Source of the DNA: a virus
Length of the DNA: 57,004 bases
Virus record (IMG/VR): IMGVR_UViG_3300047497_000008
Span: 1-57,004 of that record
Reading direction: 5' to 3' (one strand)
The translations under genes were made by a program, and so were the position numbers. Below are positions 1 to 7,614 of the stretch, one piece after another. Under the pieces are notes generated by a model. It made no database searches. It was not told where the DNA came from and saw nothing but the letters and a program-made list of their open reading frames with translations. Each line of letters opens with the position of its first letter. Position 1 is the first letter of the stretch.

Positions 1-127
1 GAACTTAGTTCCGGGGTGTCATTCTCTGCCACGTTGGATTTCCTATTTGAGCGAGCGCGCGATGGATCGATAGTGTTCGGCCACTGCGGCGCAGAACTCG
101 TGCCTCGGAAGACCTGTCGAAAAGAAA
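1..127. repeat. Terminal overlap copy 1, identical to 56878-57004 (circular contig closure)
   Basis: Direct reading: gaacttagttccggggtgtcattctc...ctgtcgaaaagaaa is present at both ends. ORFs continue across the junction. Confidence 0.95.
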
Positions 128-339
128 TCCGATACACTGCCCGATCCCCAAATCGCCGGGTTATCCGCCGCGCGCGCTACTTCGAGTCGGGCTTCGTTCG
201 CGCCGAGATAGCGAACCGCGTCTCCAAAGACTAGGTGAACCAAATCCGCGCTCGGATTGTGAAGCACCGCGACGCCGTCCGCAAACCTTGCGCTCACAAA
301 AAGCTCTGTGCGCTTCCTTATGATGTTTATGTCGGTCAT
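43..339 (-). CDS. hypothetical early protein
   Basis: The track ORF 43..348 starts at TTG. ATG 339 has GGGAGA about 10 nt upstream. Its stop lies 10 nt before the start of the 56358..56909 gene across the junction. Confidence 0.6.
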   Translation of the reverse strand: MTDINIIRKRTELFVSARFADGVAVLHNPSADLVHLVFGDAVRYLGANEARLEVARAADNPAIWGSGSVSDFFSTGLPRHEFCAAVAEHYRSIARSLK

Positions 340-390
340 AGTTTCCAATTCTCCCGCGAGTTACCCGCGTGCCGTTGTTGGCGACACGCG

Positions 391-403
391 GGAACTTAGT
401 TCC
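391..403. repeat. GGAACTTAGTTCC palindrome
   Basis: Intergenic, 52 nt upstream of ATG 339. Confidence 0.95.
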
Positions 404-417
404 GACAGGCCGAGCGG

Positions 418-786
418 TTAGAGACCGCCGATGCTTTCGTCGGGCTCCTCCAGAAGCTTCGCGTTGCACGCCTCCACGAAAGCATCCCAGTTGGGCTTCT
501 TGTCGTCGGCGAGAAGCGCCTTGAGATTGCCGCCGCCGTGCTCCTGAATGAGTGCGACCGCCGCCTCGGCGCCATGCTTGTCCTTGACCGCGCGAGCGGC
601 CTCCTGAACCTGTGCCGCCGTGTGCTTCGTCACAGCCGCCTCCTTGGGAGGCTTTGACGCGGTCGACTTGCCGGACGCGGCCGGTGCGGCAGATCCGGCA
701 GATCCGGGCGTGGCGCCCTTCAGCAGTGCTTCCGTGTTCTTGTTGATCGCTGCCGTGAGCGACTTGATATCATCTTCAAGTGCCAT
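418..786 (-). CDS. hypothetical Ala/Lys-rich early protein
   Basis: 122-aa ORF with ATG at 786 and GGAGA 9 nt upstream. It is the first gene of the leftward unit, next to the divergent promoter region. Confidence 0.7.
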   Translation of the reverse strand: MALEDDIKSLTAAINKNTEALLKGATPGSAGSAAPAASGKSTASKPPKEAAVTKHTAAQVQEAARAVKDKHGAEAAVALIQEHGGGNLKALLADDKKPNWDAFVEACNAKLLEEPDESIGGL

Positions 787-835
787 AGGAACGTGTCTCC
801 GTTGTCGTTAGGGCAAAATCGCCAGTGACAGCCAG

Positions 836-864
836 ACGATAACCGCCGACCCCAAGGCTGTCAA
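836..864 (-). promoter_or_regulatory. putative sigma70-like promoter, leftward (TTGACA-N17-TATCGT)
   Basis: On the minus strand, TTGACA (864-859), a 17-nt spacer and TATCGT (841-836) lie upstream of gene 418..786. Confidence 0.4.
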
Positions 865-878
865 CAAAGAAAATTCGA

Positions 879-907
879 TTGACGTAAAGATTATTCCGCT
901 CTATGAG
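879..907 (+). promoter_or_regulatory. putative sigma70-like promoter, rightward (TTGACG-N17-TATGAG)
   Basis: TTGACG at 879-884, a 17-nt spacer and TATGAG at 902-907 lie upstream of the AAGGAG RBS (924-929) and ATG 940. Confidence 0.4.
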
Positions 908-939
908 TATTGACTTCCCGATAAAGGAGTGAAACCTAG

Positions 940-1221
940 ATGGAAGCCGAGGTTATACCATTGCCGGGCTGGTTGGCAACAATACCGCCCATCGAGCGAG
1001 AGCTTTACTATAACAAGTTCATACTGAATGTTGCCGCGTTGTACGTGAGTCCTGAAATGAGTCTCAACGCGCTTGCCGACAAGCTGGAAATCTCGCCACC
1101 AGCGCTCCACCATCAAATGTCGCGGACGGGCGGCATCTCGGAGCGGTGGGTGATGAGGATAAATCGGCTCGTGGGATCGAAGATCCTGCCGATCGCAAAG
1201 ATAAACCCGCGCTTCCGTTGA
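940..1221 (+). CDS. small HTH-type DNA-binding protein (putative regulator)
   Basis: 93-aa ORF with an AAGGAG RBS. The segment MSLNALADKLEISPPALHHQMSRTGG looks like a helix-turn-helix. Confidence 0.6.
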   Translation: MEAEVIPLPGWLATIPPIERELYYNKFILNVAALYVSPEMSLNALADKLEISPPALHHQMSRTGGISERWVMRINRLVGSKILPIAKINPRFR

Positions 1222-1251
1222 CGATGACGCGCGCATAAAGGATTACATTCC

Positions 1252-3771
1252 ATGGCAGTACCGGGGGAAAGCGCCTTCATGGCGCTCTACGCACTCGACG
1301 CCGTAGAAAACGGGTACGAAATCGTACCGATAAAGCTGGACTCCAAGGCTCCAGTGTTTGCAGAGTGGCAAAAAGTACCAAGTAATAAGAAGACGGTGCA
1401 AAACTGGATACCGCAATACGGGCGAAACGGTTTTGGCATCCGAACAAAACTCACTCCAGGCGTAGATATAGACTGTCTTGACGCCGATCTGGTCGAGCAA
1501 ATGGTCGATTTCGTGCAATGCGAAGTCGGATTCGGCCCTGTCCGCGTTGGAAAAGCGCCAAAAACCCTTCTCGTCTACCGATCGTCGGTCCCGTTCAAGA
1601 AGGTGTCGAGCAAGGTTTGGGTTGATGAGTGGTTACAGGAAAACAAGGTTGAAATTCTCGGCGACGGGCAGCAATTTGTCGCTTACGGCATTCACCCCGG
1701 CACGAAAGCGCCCTATCGATGGATCGGCCGCGACACGCCTCTAGTAACGGCGGCTGGGAAGCTCTGTGAGATCACACAAGAGCAAGCGCGAGCGATCTGC
1801 GCCGAGTTTGACCGGCTGGCCGAGCTGAAAGGCTGGGAGCCGAAGCGAAACACGTCGCCGCAGCTCACGAACGGCCACCTGCGCGATCCCGACGACGTGT
1901 TCTTGAGCGATACGCCGATCGCCGATATCTCGTCAGAACAGCTTAGGGCGAAACTGTTCTCGATCCCGAATGATCCGATGGAGGGTGAACAGGATTACGA
2001 TACTTGGACGAACATCGGTATGGCGTTGCACCACCAATTCGACGGCGCCGACGAAGGATACGATCTTTGGGTTGAGTGGTCGGAACAATCGAGCAAGCAC
2101 GAAATCGGGCAGAACGAATACAAGTGGCCGTCGTTCAAGCATGACGAGAGCCGGGCGCCGATCACGGCGCGGTACATCATAAAACTGGCCGGCGAGTTTG
2201 AAGCCGAAGAGATCCGCGAACAGAAAGCCTCGATCGAGCAACTACTGGCAAACGCGTTGAACGCGCAGCACATAAAAGAGCTATGCGCCAAAGTCAAAGA
2301 AGTGAAGTTGGACGACTTCGACAGATCCGAGCTGCAAAAGCGAATCCAAAAACGCTACAAGGATCTGACCGGCCACGTTCTCACGAGCGCCGAAGTCCGC
2401 AAGCTCACGCGATACGAACAGCCGGGCGACTTGCTCCGGGCAAGTCACAAATGGCTTGAGGATTGGGTTTTCATTTCGGGTGAAGGTAGGTTCCAGCAGC
2501 TCAACGGCGACCCGTTGGCATTGAGCCGAGAAGCGTTCAATCTCGCGTTCGCGCATAAGCTGTTGACGCCGACTGAAATCGCCGAAGGCCAGTCCGTGCC
2601 GAGCGTGGAGCCATCCACCTTCGCGATAACGAATTACGGAATCCCAGTCGTCAACGCGATGATCTATGCACCCGATCAGGACCGGGTTTTCACGCGTGAC
2701 GGCGTGCAGTACGGCAACACCTATTCGGAAGCTGGCCGGGCCGTCATACCGGAACTAAGTTCCGCACGCGACCGTGAGAACGTCAAGCTGGTCGAGAAGC
2801 ATTTCGAGCATCTTATCGAAGACGAACTAGAGCGCGAAATGTTCAAATCGTGGATTGCTTGGGTCGTTCGCAAACCCGGCAACCGCGTGAAATGGGCTGT
2901 CCTGTTGCAAGGCGCCAAGGGTATCGGCAAGACGACTCTTTTCAACTTGTTCGAGGCGATCCTTGGCGAGTCCAATTGTCAGGCCGTCAGCAACGATGAC
3001 CTGAAGGGCGTCTATAACGAATGGGCGATGAAGTCGCTGGTGTTCGTGGAGGAAGTGAAGGCGCAAGGGTCACAGTACGACGTGTTGAGCCGTCTCCAGA
3101 TATTCATTACTAATGACAAGATCCCAATCCGGCGTATGCGTATTGCCCCGTTCAATGTTCGGAATTATGCGAGCTATCTGTTGACGACAAATCGTGTGAA
3201 CGCGTTACCGTTAAGTGAGGACGAGAATCGTTACTACGTCATCTTCTCACGGTGGCAGGAATCCAACGCCGAAGAGTACGCCGCGTGGGCGGCCGAGAAT
3301 CCCAAATACTTCGATCGACTTCGCCGGGCGATCAGCGAATCTCCGGGCGCGTTGCTCAAGTGGTTCTCAAATATGAAACTGCACCCGAAGTTCAATCCGC
3401 ACGGTCGCGCGATCAAGTCGGAAGGTCGCGATACGATGGTGAGTCTGGAGACAGGCGAGAAGTCGTCGGCGCTGGCGGCATTGCTCGCGGAAGGCGAACC
3501 CGGCATGAACGCGGAGCTGATAAGTTCCACGAATCTACGCCAGCTTATCGGCGAAAACCTGCTCGAGATCCCGTTGACGGGCGGCGGCTGGCGCAACACT
3601 TTGATCGACGCGGGGCTCCGGCCACTAGGTCAAGTGCGGCTGGAGGGCCGATTTGGACCCCAAGAAACCTACTGGAGTCGCACCCCAAAACGCTTCAAAA
3701 ACCTCGATCTAAGCCCGAATTTGGACCTGATGCGAAAGACCCTCGGGATAAAGTCGCCGTCAAGTAGTTAA
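1252..3771 (+). CDS. bifunctional primase-polymerase / D5-P4-type replicative helicase
   Basis: 839 aa. AEP/prim-pol-like motifs: GVDIDCLD, VEILGDGQQFVAYGIHPGT. PriCT-like segment: YDTWTNIGMALHH...GYDLWVEWS. P-loop: LLQGAKGIGKTTLFN. Walker B-like: LVFVEEV. Confidence 0.9.
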   Translation: MAVPGESAFMALYALDAVENGYEIVPIKLDSKAPVFAEWQKVPSNKKTVQNWIPQYGRNGFGIRTKLTPGVDIDCLDADLVEQMVDFVQCEVGFGPVRVGKAPKTLLVYRSSVPFKKVSSKVWVDEWLQENKVEILGDGQQFVAYGIHPGTKAPYRWIGRDTPLVTAAGKLCEITQEQARAICAEFDRLAELKGWEPKRNTSPQLTNGHLRDPDDVFLSDTPIADISSEQLRAKLFSIPNDPMEGEQDYDTWTNIGMALHHQFDGADEGYDLWVEWSEQSSKHEIGQNEYKWPSFKHDESRAPITARYIIKLAGEFEAEEIREQKASIEQLLANALNAQHIKELCAKVKEVKLDDFDRSELQKRIQKRYKDLTGHVLTSAEVRKLTRYEQPGDLLRASHKWLEDWVFISGEGRFQQLNGDPLALSREAFNLAFAHKLLTPTEIAEGQSVPSVEPSTFAITNYGIPVVNAMIYAPDQDRVFTRDGVQYGNTYSEAGRAVIPELSSARDRENVKLVEKHFEHLIEDELEREMFKSWIAWVVRKPGNRVKWAVLLQGAKGIGKTTLFNLFEAILGESNCQAVSNDDLKGVYNEWAMKSLVFVEEVKAQGSQYDVLSRLQIFITNDKIPIRRMRIAPFNVRNYASYLLTTNRVNALPLSEDENRYYVIFSRWQESNAEEYAAWAAENPKYFDRLRRAISESPGALLKWFSNMKLHPKFNPHGRAIKSEGRDTMVSLETGEKSSALAALLAEGEPGMNAELISSTNLRQLIGENLLEIPLTGGGWRNTLIDAGLRPLGQVRLEGRFGPQETYWSRTPKRFKNLDLSPNLDLMRKTLGIKSPSSS
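2751..2763. repeat. GGAACTAAGTTCC palindrome
   Basis: Inside the primase-helicase gene, read as PELSS. Confidence 0.95.
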
Positions 3772-3813
3772 TAAAAATCAAAAAATTTTAGACAGATTGC
3801 AACACAAAACCGA

Positions 3814-4144
3814 CCTAAGTACCTAAGTACACCTAAGTACCTAAGCACGGCCGATCGAGCTGCTGGACCCGTGCTTAAGCGTGCTTACCCCCCGTGCTTA
3901 CGGTAACGCGTTGATATATAAGGCGTACTTAGCTCTTTTGCCGTACTTAGGTCCCTGGCTTCATTCTATATATGATGTAGTAACGAATCATGTATCGGCC
4001 ACCGGGTCGAAAAAGATCTCTTATATGTATATGTATTTTACCTAAGCACAGCTAAGTACCTAAGTACCATATGATAAATCGTTAGGGTTTGCCTCACTTT
4101 TTGGTGCTTGGCTCCCGTGCTTAGGTGTTCTCGGACCTAAGAAC
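3814..4144. repeat. origin-like iteron cluster (CCTAAG[T/C]AC / GT[A/G]CTTAGG) flanking an AT-rich segment
   Basis: Direct copies at 3814, 3822, 3832, 3840, 4041, 4052, 4059 and 4136. Inverted copies at 3871, 3881, 3894, 3925, 3943, 4105 and 4117. The cluster lies immediately downstream of the primase-helicase gene. Confidence 0.75.
3961..4040. other. AT-rich putative DNA-unwinding segment inside the iteron cluster
   Basis: tcattctatatatgatgtagtaacgaatcatgtat ... cttatatgtatatgtatttta stands out in an otherwise GC-rich genome. Confidence 0.55.
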
Positions 4145-4492
4145 AGCCCGGAGAACGCGTTTTCAGGAAAAAATTTTCACCGAAACGACGGCCGAAGAGC
4201 CGGATCGGTCGATCTCTGGTCCAGGATGACGCGTTTGCCACGAAAAATTGGACCTGTCTGGCCGTTTTCGCAAAATTTCCCCCACCGGGCTCAGCGCCCC
4301 TCGCCCACCGCGCCAGGACCCTAGGAGGGACCCAAACACCCTTCAACCCCTTGATTTTGCACGCTTTTCCGATGTTTTCCCGCTCTAGGGATGGGCGATC
4401 TACCGCACCTAAAATCCGCGCGTTCCCGCTCAAAACCTGAGGCAATCCCTCACTTTTCGCCGATCCAGCCGCGTTCCTGTCACCTGCATCTA

Positions 4493-4505
4493 GGAACTCA
4501 GTTCC
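4493..4505. repeat. GGAACTCAGTTCC variant palindrome (centre C)
   Basis: First unit of the 30-bp tandem repeat. Confidence 0.9.
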
Positions 4506-4522
4506 ACCGTGCGGCCGATCTC

Positions 4523-4535
4523 GGAACTCAGTTCC
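4523..4535. repeat. GGAACTCAGTTCC variant palindrome (centre C)
   Basis: Second unit of the 30-bp tandem repeat. Confidence 0.9.
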
Positions 4536-4888
4536 ACCGTGCGGCCGATCTCGGAACCACATCCGAGACGTAGCCAAACATCGCCGCTAATGCCGATTTG
4601 CCGGCCGCCTGGTGGGGGAAAAGGGATAGGCCGCTAGGGTAGTACCAGAATGGGGTCAACATCGCTGTACGGCCGTTAAAACGGCACTAGCGTCGATTTC
4701 AACCTGCGAGACGTGTTCATCCCACACTCATACAACCGATAACGCGTCTGTCCGACCAAAGTGGCCGATTTGCGACTATTGCACGTTTGTATAACATCGT
4801 GAGATATCAACGCGTTAAGGCGTAAATTAGTACACTGGCTTACTACCTTCTCACACCTGGTACGCGGTGCAGCGTCGTTTCGGACAAC

Positions 4889-4920
4889 AAAAAATCCCGA
4901 TAGATCTCTCTATCGGGATT
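4889..4920 (-). terminator. rho-independent terminator (minus strand) after gene 4953..5159
   Basis: 12-bp stem aatcccgataga / tctatcgggatt with loop tctc. On the minus-strand transcript it is followed by a U6 run (A-run 4889-4894 on plus). Confidence 0.7.
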
Positions 4921-4928
4921 GTCGAGGT

Positions 4929-4941
4929 GGAACTTAGTTCC
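4929..4941. repeat. GGAACTTAGTTCC palindrome
   Basis: Lies between the stop of 4953..5159 and its terminator. Confidence 0.95.
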
Positions 4942-4952
4942 GATGGTCGCTG

Positions 4953-5159
4953 CTATGGGCGACACTCTCGCATGATATCATCCGAACGCCAGTCACACTC
5001 GGGAAGGGCTTGATACCGAGCTACCGACGCCGCAATCGATCGCTGTTGATCGATATGGCGATGATAGCTGTCAGCGTAATCCGTACCGACGAAAAGCAGC
5101 ATGAGAACGACGGTGGCGATTCCTAGCGTTCCGATGATCGCCGCGCTTGGGCTTTCCAT
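4953..5159 (-). CDS. small membrane protein
   Basis: Hydrophobic helix AAIIGTLGIATVVLMLLFVG. ATG 5159 has GGGAGAG upstream. The track ORF starts at GTG 5168. Confidence 0.5.
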   Translation of the reverse strand: MESPSAAIIGTLGIATVVLMLLFVGTDYADSYHRHIDQQRSIAASVARYQALPECDWRSDDIMRECRP

Positions 5160-5161
5160 GA

Positions 5162-5377
5162 TCAGCACTCTCCCATGACGCGGCCGTTTTCACCCCATAC
5201 GAACCACTTGTTACCGTTGGACGTCACGATGTGGAAGCCTTCCACCCACCAGTCGCTACCGCGTTCCGCGCTTATGATTCGTGTTCCCGACAACCGCCAT
5301 CTGGCCTCCATCGCTAAGACATAATCTATAGCGGCGTCATGAGACGGGACGAACAATTCGGCGACATACTCAGACAT
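5162..5377 (-). CDS. hypothetical protein
   Basis: 71-aa ORF with AGGAG 7 nt upstream of ATG 5377. Confidence 0.6.
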   Translation of the reverse strand: MSEYVAELFVPSHDAAIDYVLAMEARWRLSGTRIISAERGSDWWVEGFHIVTSNGNKWFVWGENGRVMGEC

Positions 5378-5441
5378 TCTAGGCTCCTATCAGGTTTGAA
5401 ACGCGGTATCGGCCGCGACGTTTTCCATAAAACGTAAGAGC

Positions 5442-5470
5442 GTTTTAATTCGCCGATTCCGATCCGTCAA
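5442..5470 (-). promoter_or_regulatory. putative promoter (minus strand) TTGACG-N17-TAAAAC for gene 5162..5377
   Basis: Minus-strand reading gives TTGACG (5470-5465), a 17-nt spacer and TAAAAC (5447-5442), just downstream of the 5504-5535 terminator. Confidence 0.3.
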
Positions 5471-5503
5471 TACGTGAAAACGAGTTTTTTGCGAAATCGG
5501 CAC

Positions 5504-5535
5504 AAAAAATCCCGATAGATCGCTCTATCGGGATT
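5504..5535 (-). terminator. rho-independent terminator (minus strand) after gene 5567..6007
   Basis: Same 12-bp stem as at 4893-4920 with loop tcgc, followed by a U6 run on the minus strand. It belongs to a duplicated roughly 58-bp cassette that also contains the palindrome. Confidence 0.7.
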
Positions 5536-5542
5536 CTCACTC

Positions 5543-5555
5543 GGAACTTAGTTCC
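5543..5555. repeat. GGAACTTAGTTCC palindrome (17-bp TCGGAACTTAGTTCCGA)
   Basis: Lies between the stop of 5567..6007 and its terminator. Confidence 0.95.
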
Positions 5556-5566
5556 GAACGACGCGG

Positions 5567-6007
5567 CTAGGACGCGACTCCTGACGCTAGGCTGTTAAGC
5601 CGTAGCAGGCCCAGATCATGCTGTAACAGCGTTTTAAGGTAGCGCTGTAGAGCGCGCCGCAACACTGGTCGGCATGGTCCCGACACCTTTACCGAGATCC
5701 CGTCGAATAACGGCTTTACCGTCGCGAAATTCGACGCGTGGAATCCCGCTTTCTCGTCTCGGAAATAGAGCGCAATCGTGATCCGAGACTCGTCGGAATG
5801 CTTTAGATCGATCGTTCCGCGAATCGCTTTAGTCGTTAGATCCGGCTCGGGATAGATCACATGATTCAGATAATCCGCTTCGAGTCTGTGAATCTCAGAT
5901 CTCATGGCGTTTGCTCGTTCAGGATAATTGTTATCCCGTAGCGTACGGTACGCAATAACGAGTTTATGTATCTGCCGTATTAGCGTGATATCTTTCGACG
6001 CGTACAT
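5567..6007 (-). CDS. hypothetical protein
   Basis: 146-aa ORF with AAGGAG 9 nt upstream of ATG 6007. Confidence 0.65.
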   Translation of the reverse strand: MYASKDITLIRQIHKLVIAYRTLRDNNYPERANAMRSEIHRLEADYLNHVIYPEPDLTTKAIRGTIDLKHSDESRITIALYFRDEKAGFHASNFATVKPLFDGISVKVSGPCRPVLRRALQRYLKTLLQHDLGLLRLNSLASGVAS

Positions 6008-6026
6008 AATCAGGACTCCTTGCTTT

Positions 6027-6338
6027 CTACAGTTTCAGAACGTGACGAGCCGCATGGTGAGCGGCATGGTGAGCGGCATGGTGATAATGCGAGTGATGAC
6101 TCCCGTGCCCATGCGTCGGGAACTGGTACCGACGCATGGGCAGTTTGGCCAGGGACGTACCGATTGTCAGTGAGACCAGAGAGCCTACCGAGTGCCCTAT
6201 GACGAGCAACGCGATAGCGGAAACGACTCCCGCACCTAGCAGCATGGCTGACACGGCCAGCCTCCCGTTAGCTTCCCGTATCGCCGCATTAACGCGATCC
6301 CGTGTCGCGGCGAAATCATCTGGGCAATGCGGCGTCAT
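6027..6338 (-). CDS. membrane protein with His-rich C-terminal tail
   Basis: TM segments AVSAMLLGAGVVSAIALLVIG and LVSLTIG. Tail HGHGSHHSHYHHAAHHAAHHAARH. ATGA overlap with the upstream stop. Confidence 0.6.
   Translation of the reverse strand: MTPHCPDDFAATRDRVNAAIREANGRLAVSAMLLGAGVVSAIALLVIGHSVGSLVSLTIGTSLAKLPMRRYQFPTHGHGSHHSHYHHAAHHAAHHAARHVLKL
6049..6084. repeat. 12-bp tandem repeat x3 (gcggcatggtga) encoding the HHAA repeats
   Basis: Direct reading: gccgcatggtga gcggcatggtga gcggcatggtga. Confidence 0.85.
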
Positions 6339-6760
6339 GATTCAGCCATTGCAGCTTGGAATCCTAGCGCATCGCCAAAAAAGGCCGCGTGGTGTTGCCA
6401 GAAACGCGTGTCCTCGGGACAACTCCGCATAGCATCAAAACACATCGCGGCATGCCGAACGGCAGCAATGTCGCGTGCATCCCCATTAGGGATTCCGTAG
6501 ATGTGGAATTGATATCCCCTATGGTCACAGTGGATGGACCCCTTGCGGTACTTTCCTTTGACGTAGCAATATCCGGGCTGACTAAAGTACGTGTCAGCTT
6601 CTCCCGCGACATATACCACCCGTCGATTGCCGTCACTGCAAAGGCAATTTCGGATCGCCGCGAGCCTATTAGGGAAAAACAGGCTCCCGCGACTCACGAC
6701 TTCTATTGATCCGTTTGCACAAACGTGGCGTTCGTAATCCATTCGGTATCTTGCACCCAT
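6335..6760 (-). CDS. hypothetical Cys/His-rich protein
   Basis: 141-aa ORF with a TAATG start/stop overlap with the upstream gene. Confidence 0.6.
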   Translation of the reverse strand: MGARYRMDYERHVCANGSIEVVSRGSLFFPNRLAAIRNCLCSDGNRRVVYVAGEADTYFSQPGYCYVKGKYRKGSIHCDHRGYQFHIYGIPNGDARDIAAVRHAAMCFDAMRSCPEDTRFWQHHAAFFGDALGFQAAMAES

Positions 6761-7233
6761 TATGACACTCCCGTTGAAACAAGATCCAATACCGGAGACA
6801 CGTAAAGGAGTCCGTCGTCACCCCGATACAGATCCGACTCGCCCATGGTTCTCGCGCGTTCGGTAAGGTGATCGACAACGGCGCCTAGCTCGCGATCCCG
6901 ATATCCGACTCCATGTCCGTTGCGAGTGTACCAGAGATCCCGACCTGCGCACTCTGAGTCATATCCGCCGCGTACACGCTGGATTGTATCGCTCGAGTCC
7001 AGTTCATACGCGATATCGAGATACTTCTCATTGTTGCGTTCAAATGCCCTGCATTCATGAACGATTTGAGCCAGTGCCGACGGAGCCAGCATGTCGAAAC
7101 TGATATCCGACATTTCTTCATCCGACTCGGAAGTGAAAAACATTGCTTCGATATAGCCTCGGCAGAAATACGACAACGCGTTATAGCGTTTTGCCGCTTC
7201 CACACTTCCGAGATCCAATACGAACTCAGGCAT
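6760..7233 (-). CDS. hypothetical acidic protein
   Basis: 157-aa ORF. It has the conserved GAAGGAGTCTGAATCATG initiation cassette and shares its first 8 residues (MPEFVLDL) with the next gene. Confidence 0.65.
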   Translation of the reverse strand: MPEFVLDLGSVEAAKRYNALSYFCRGYIEAMFFTSESDEEMSDISFDMLAPSALAQIVHECRAFERNNEKYLDIAYELDSSDTIQRVRGGYDSECAGRDLWYTRNGHGVGYRDRELGAVVDHLTERARTMGESDLYRGDDGLLYVSPVLDLVSTGVS

Positions 7234-7248
7234 GATTCAGACTCCTTC
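7209..7248. repeat. 40-bp repeat copy 1 (start region of gene 6760..7233)
   Basis: cgagatccaatacgaactcaggcatgattcagactccttc differs at 2 positions from 7590-7629. Confidence 0.9.
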
Positions 7249-7614
7249 CGCTTGTTTGATTGCCGCCCCGCAATCGTTACACTGTTCATCCGCGATCGCG
7301 CGTAGAACGCGGTCTATGGCACCCTTGCGAGTGGCATGCTTTTCCTTCTCCCGTGACAAACGCGCGGAGAAATGAACGAACCACTTAGCACCTGAGCATG
7401 GGTGCGTAATGATTGCGAAGATATCGCCGTCGATTTTGACAGCGATTTCTACCGCGTCGTTACTGCGCCAATAATCGAGGACCACGGCTTTACCGGATTC
7501 CAGAAATTTTTCTTCGATACGCGTTTTCACAATCACGACTCCACTTTGAAGTTGACGCAAGTTCCGAACGGCGGATTGCTGCCACCTGTCGAGATCCAGT
7601 ACGAACTCAGGCAT
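7237..7614 (-). CDS. hypothetical protein
   Basis: 125-aa ORF with the same initiation cassette and the MPEFVLDL N-terminus. Confidence 0.65.
   Translation of the reverse strand: MPEFVLDLDRWQQSAVRNLRQLQSGVVIVKTRIEEKFLESGKAVVLDYWRSNDAVEIAVKIDGDIFAIITHPCSGAKWFVHFSARLSREKEKHATRKGAIDRVLRAIADEQCNDCGAAIKQAEGV

Larger units (their letters stand above)
4487..4558. repeat. 30-bp tandem repeat (2.2 units), each unit carrying the centre-C palindrome GGAACTCAGTTCC
   Basis: ggaactcagttccaccgtgcggccgatctc occurs at 4493-4522 and 4523-4552, followed by a partial ggaacc. Confidence 0.9.

Noticed and set aside
4137-4577. 146-aa (minus) and 60-aa (plus) ORFs in the non-coding region
   Set aside because: The repeated peptide FRDRPHGGTE is just the translation of the 30-bp tandem repeat. 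There is no RBS, the composition is odd, and the ORFs sit in the iteron and repeat-rich region.
3772-4952. tRNA or other structured RNA gene in the 1.2-kb non-coding region
   Set aside because: By eye I could not fold a cloverleaf (no acceptor/T-arm pattern, no GTTCRANNC). I cannot exclude a small ncRNA without a covariance-model scan.
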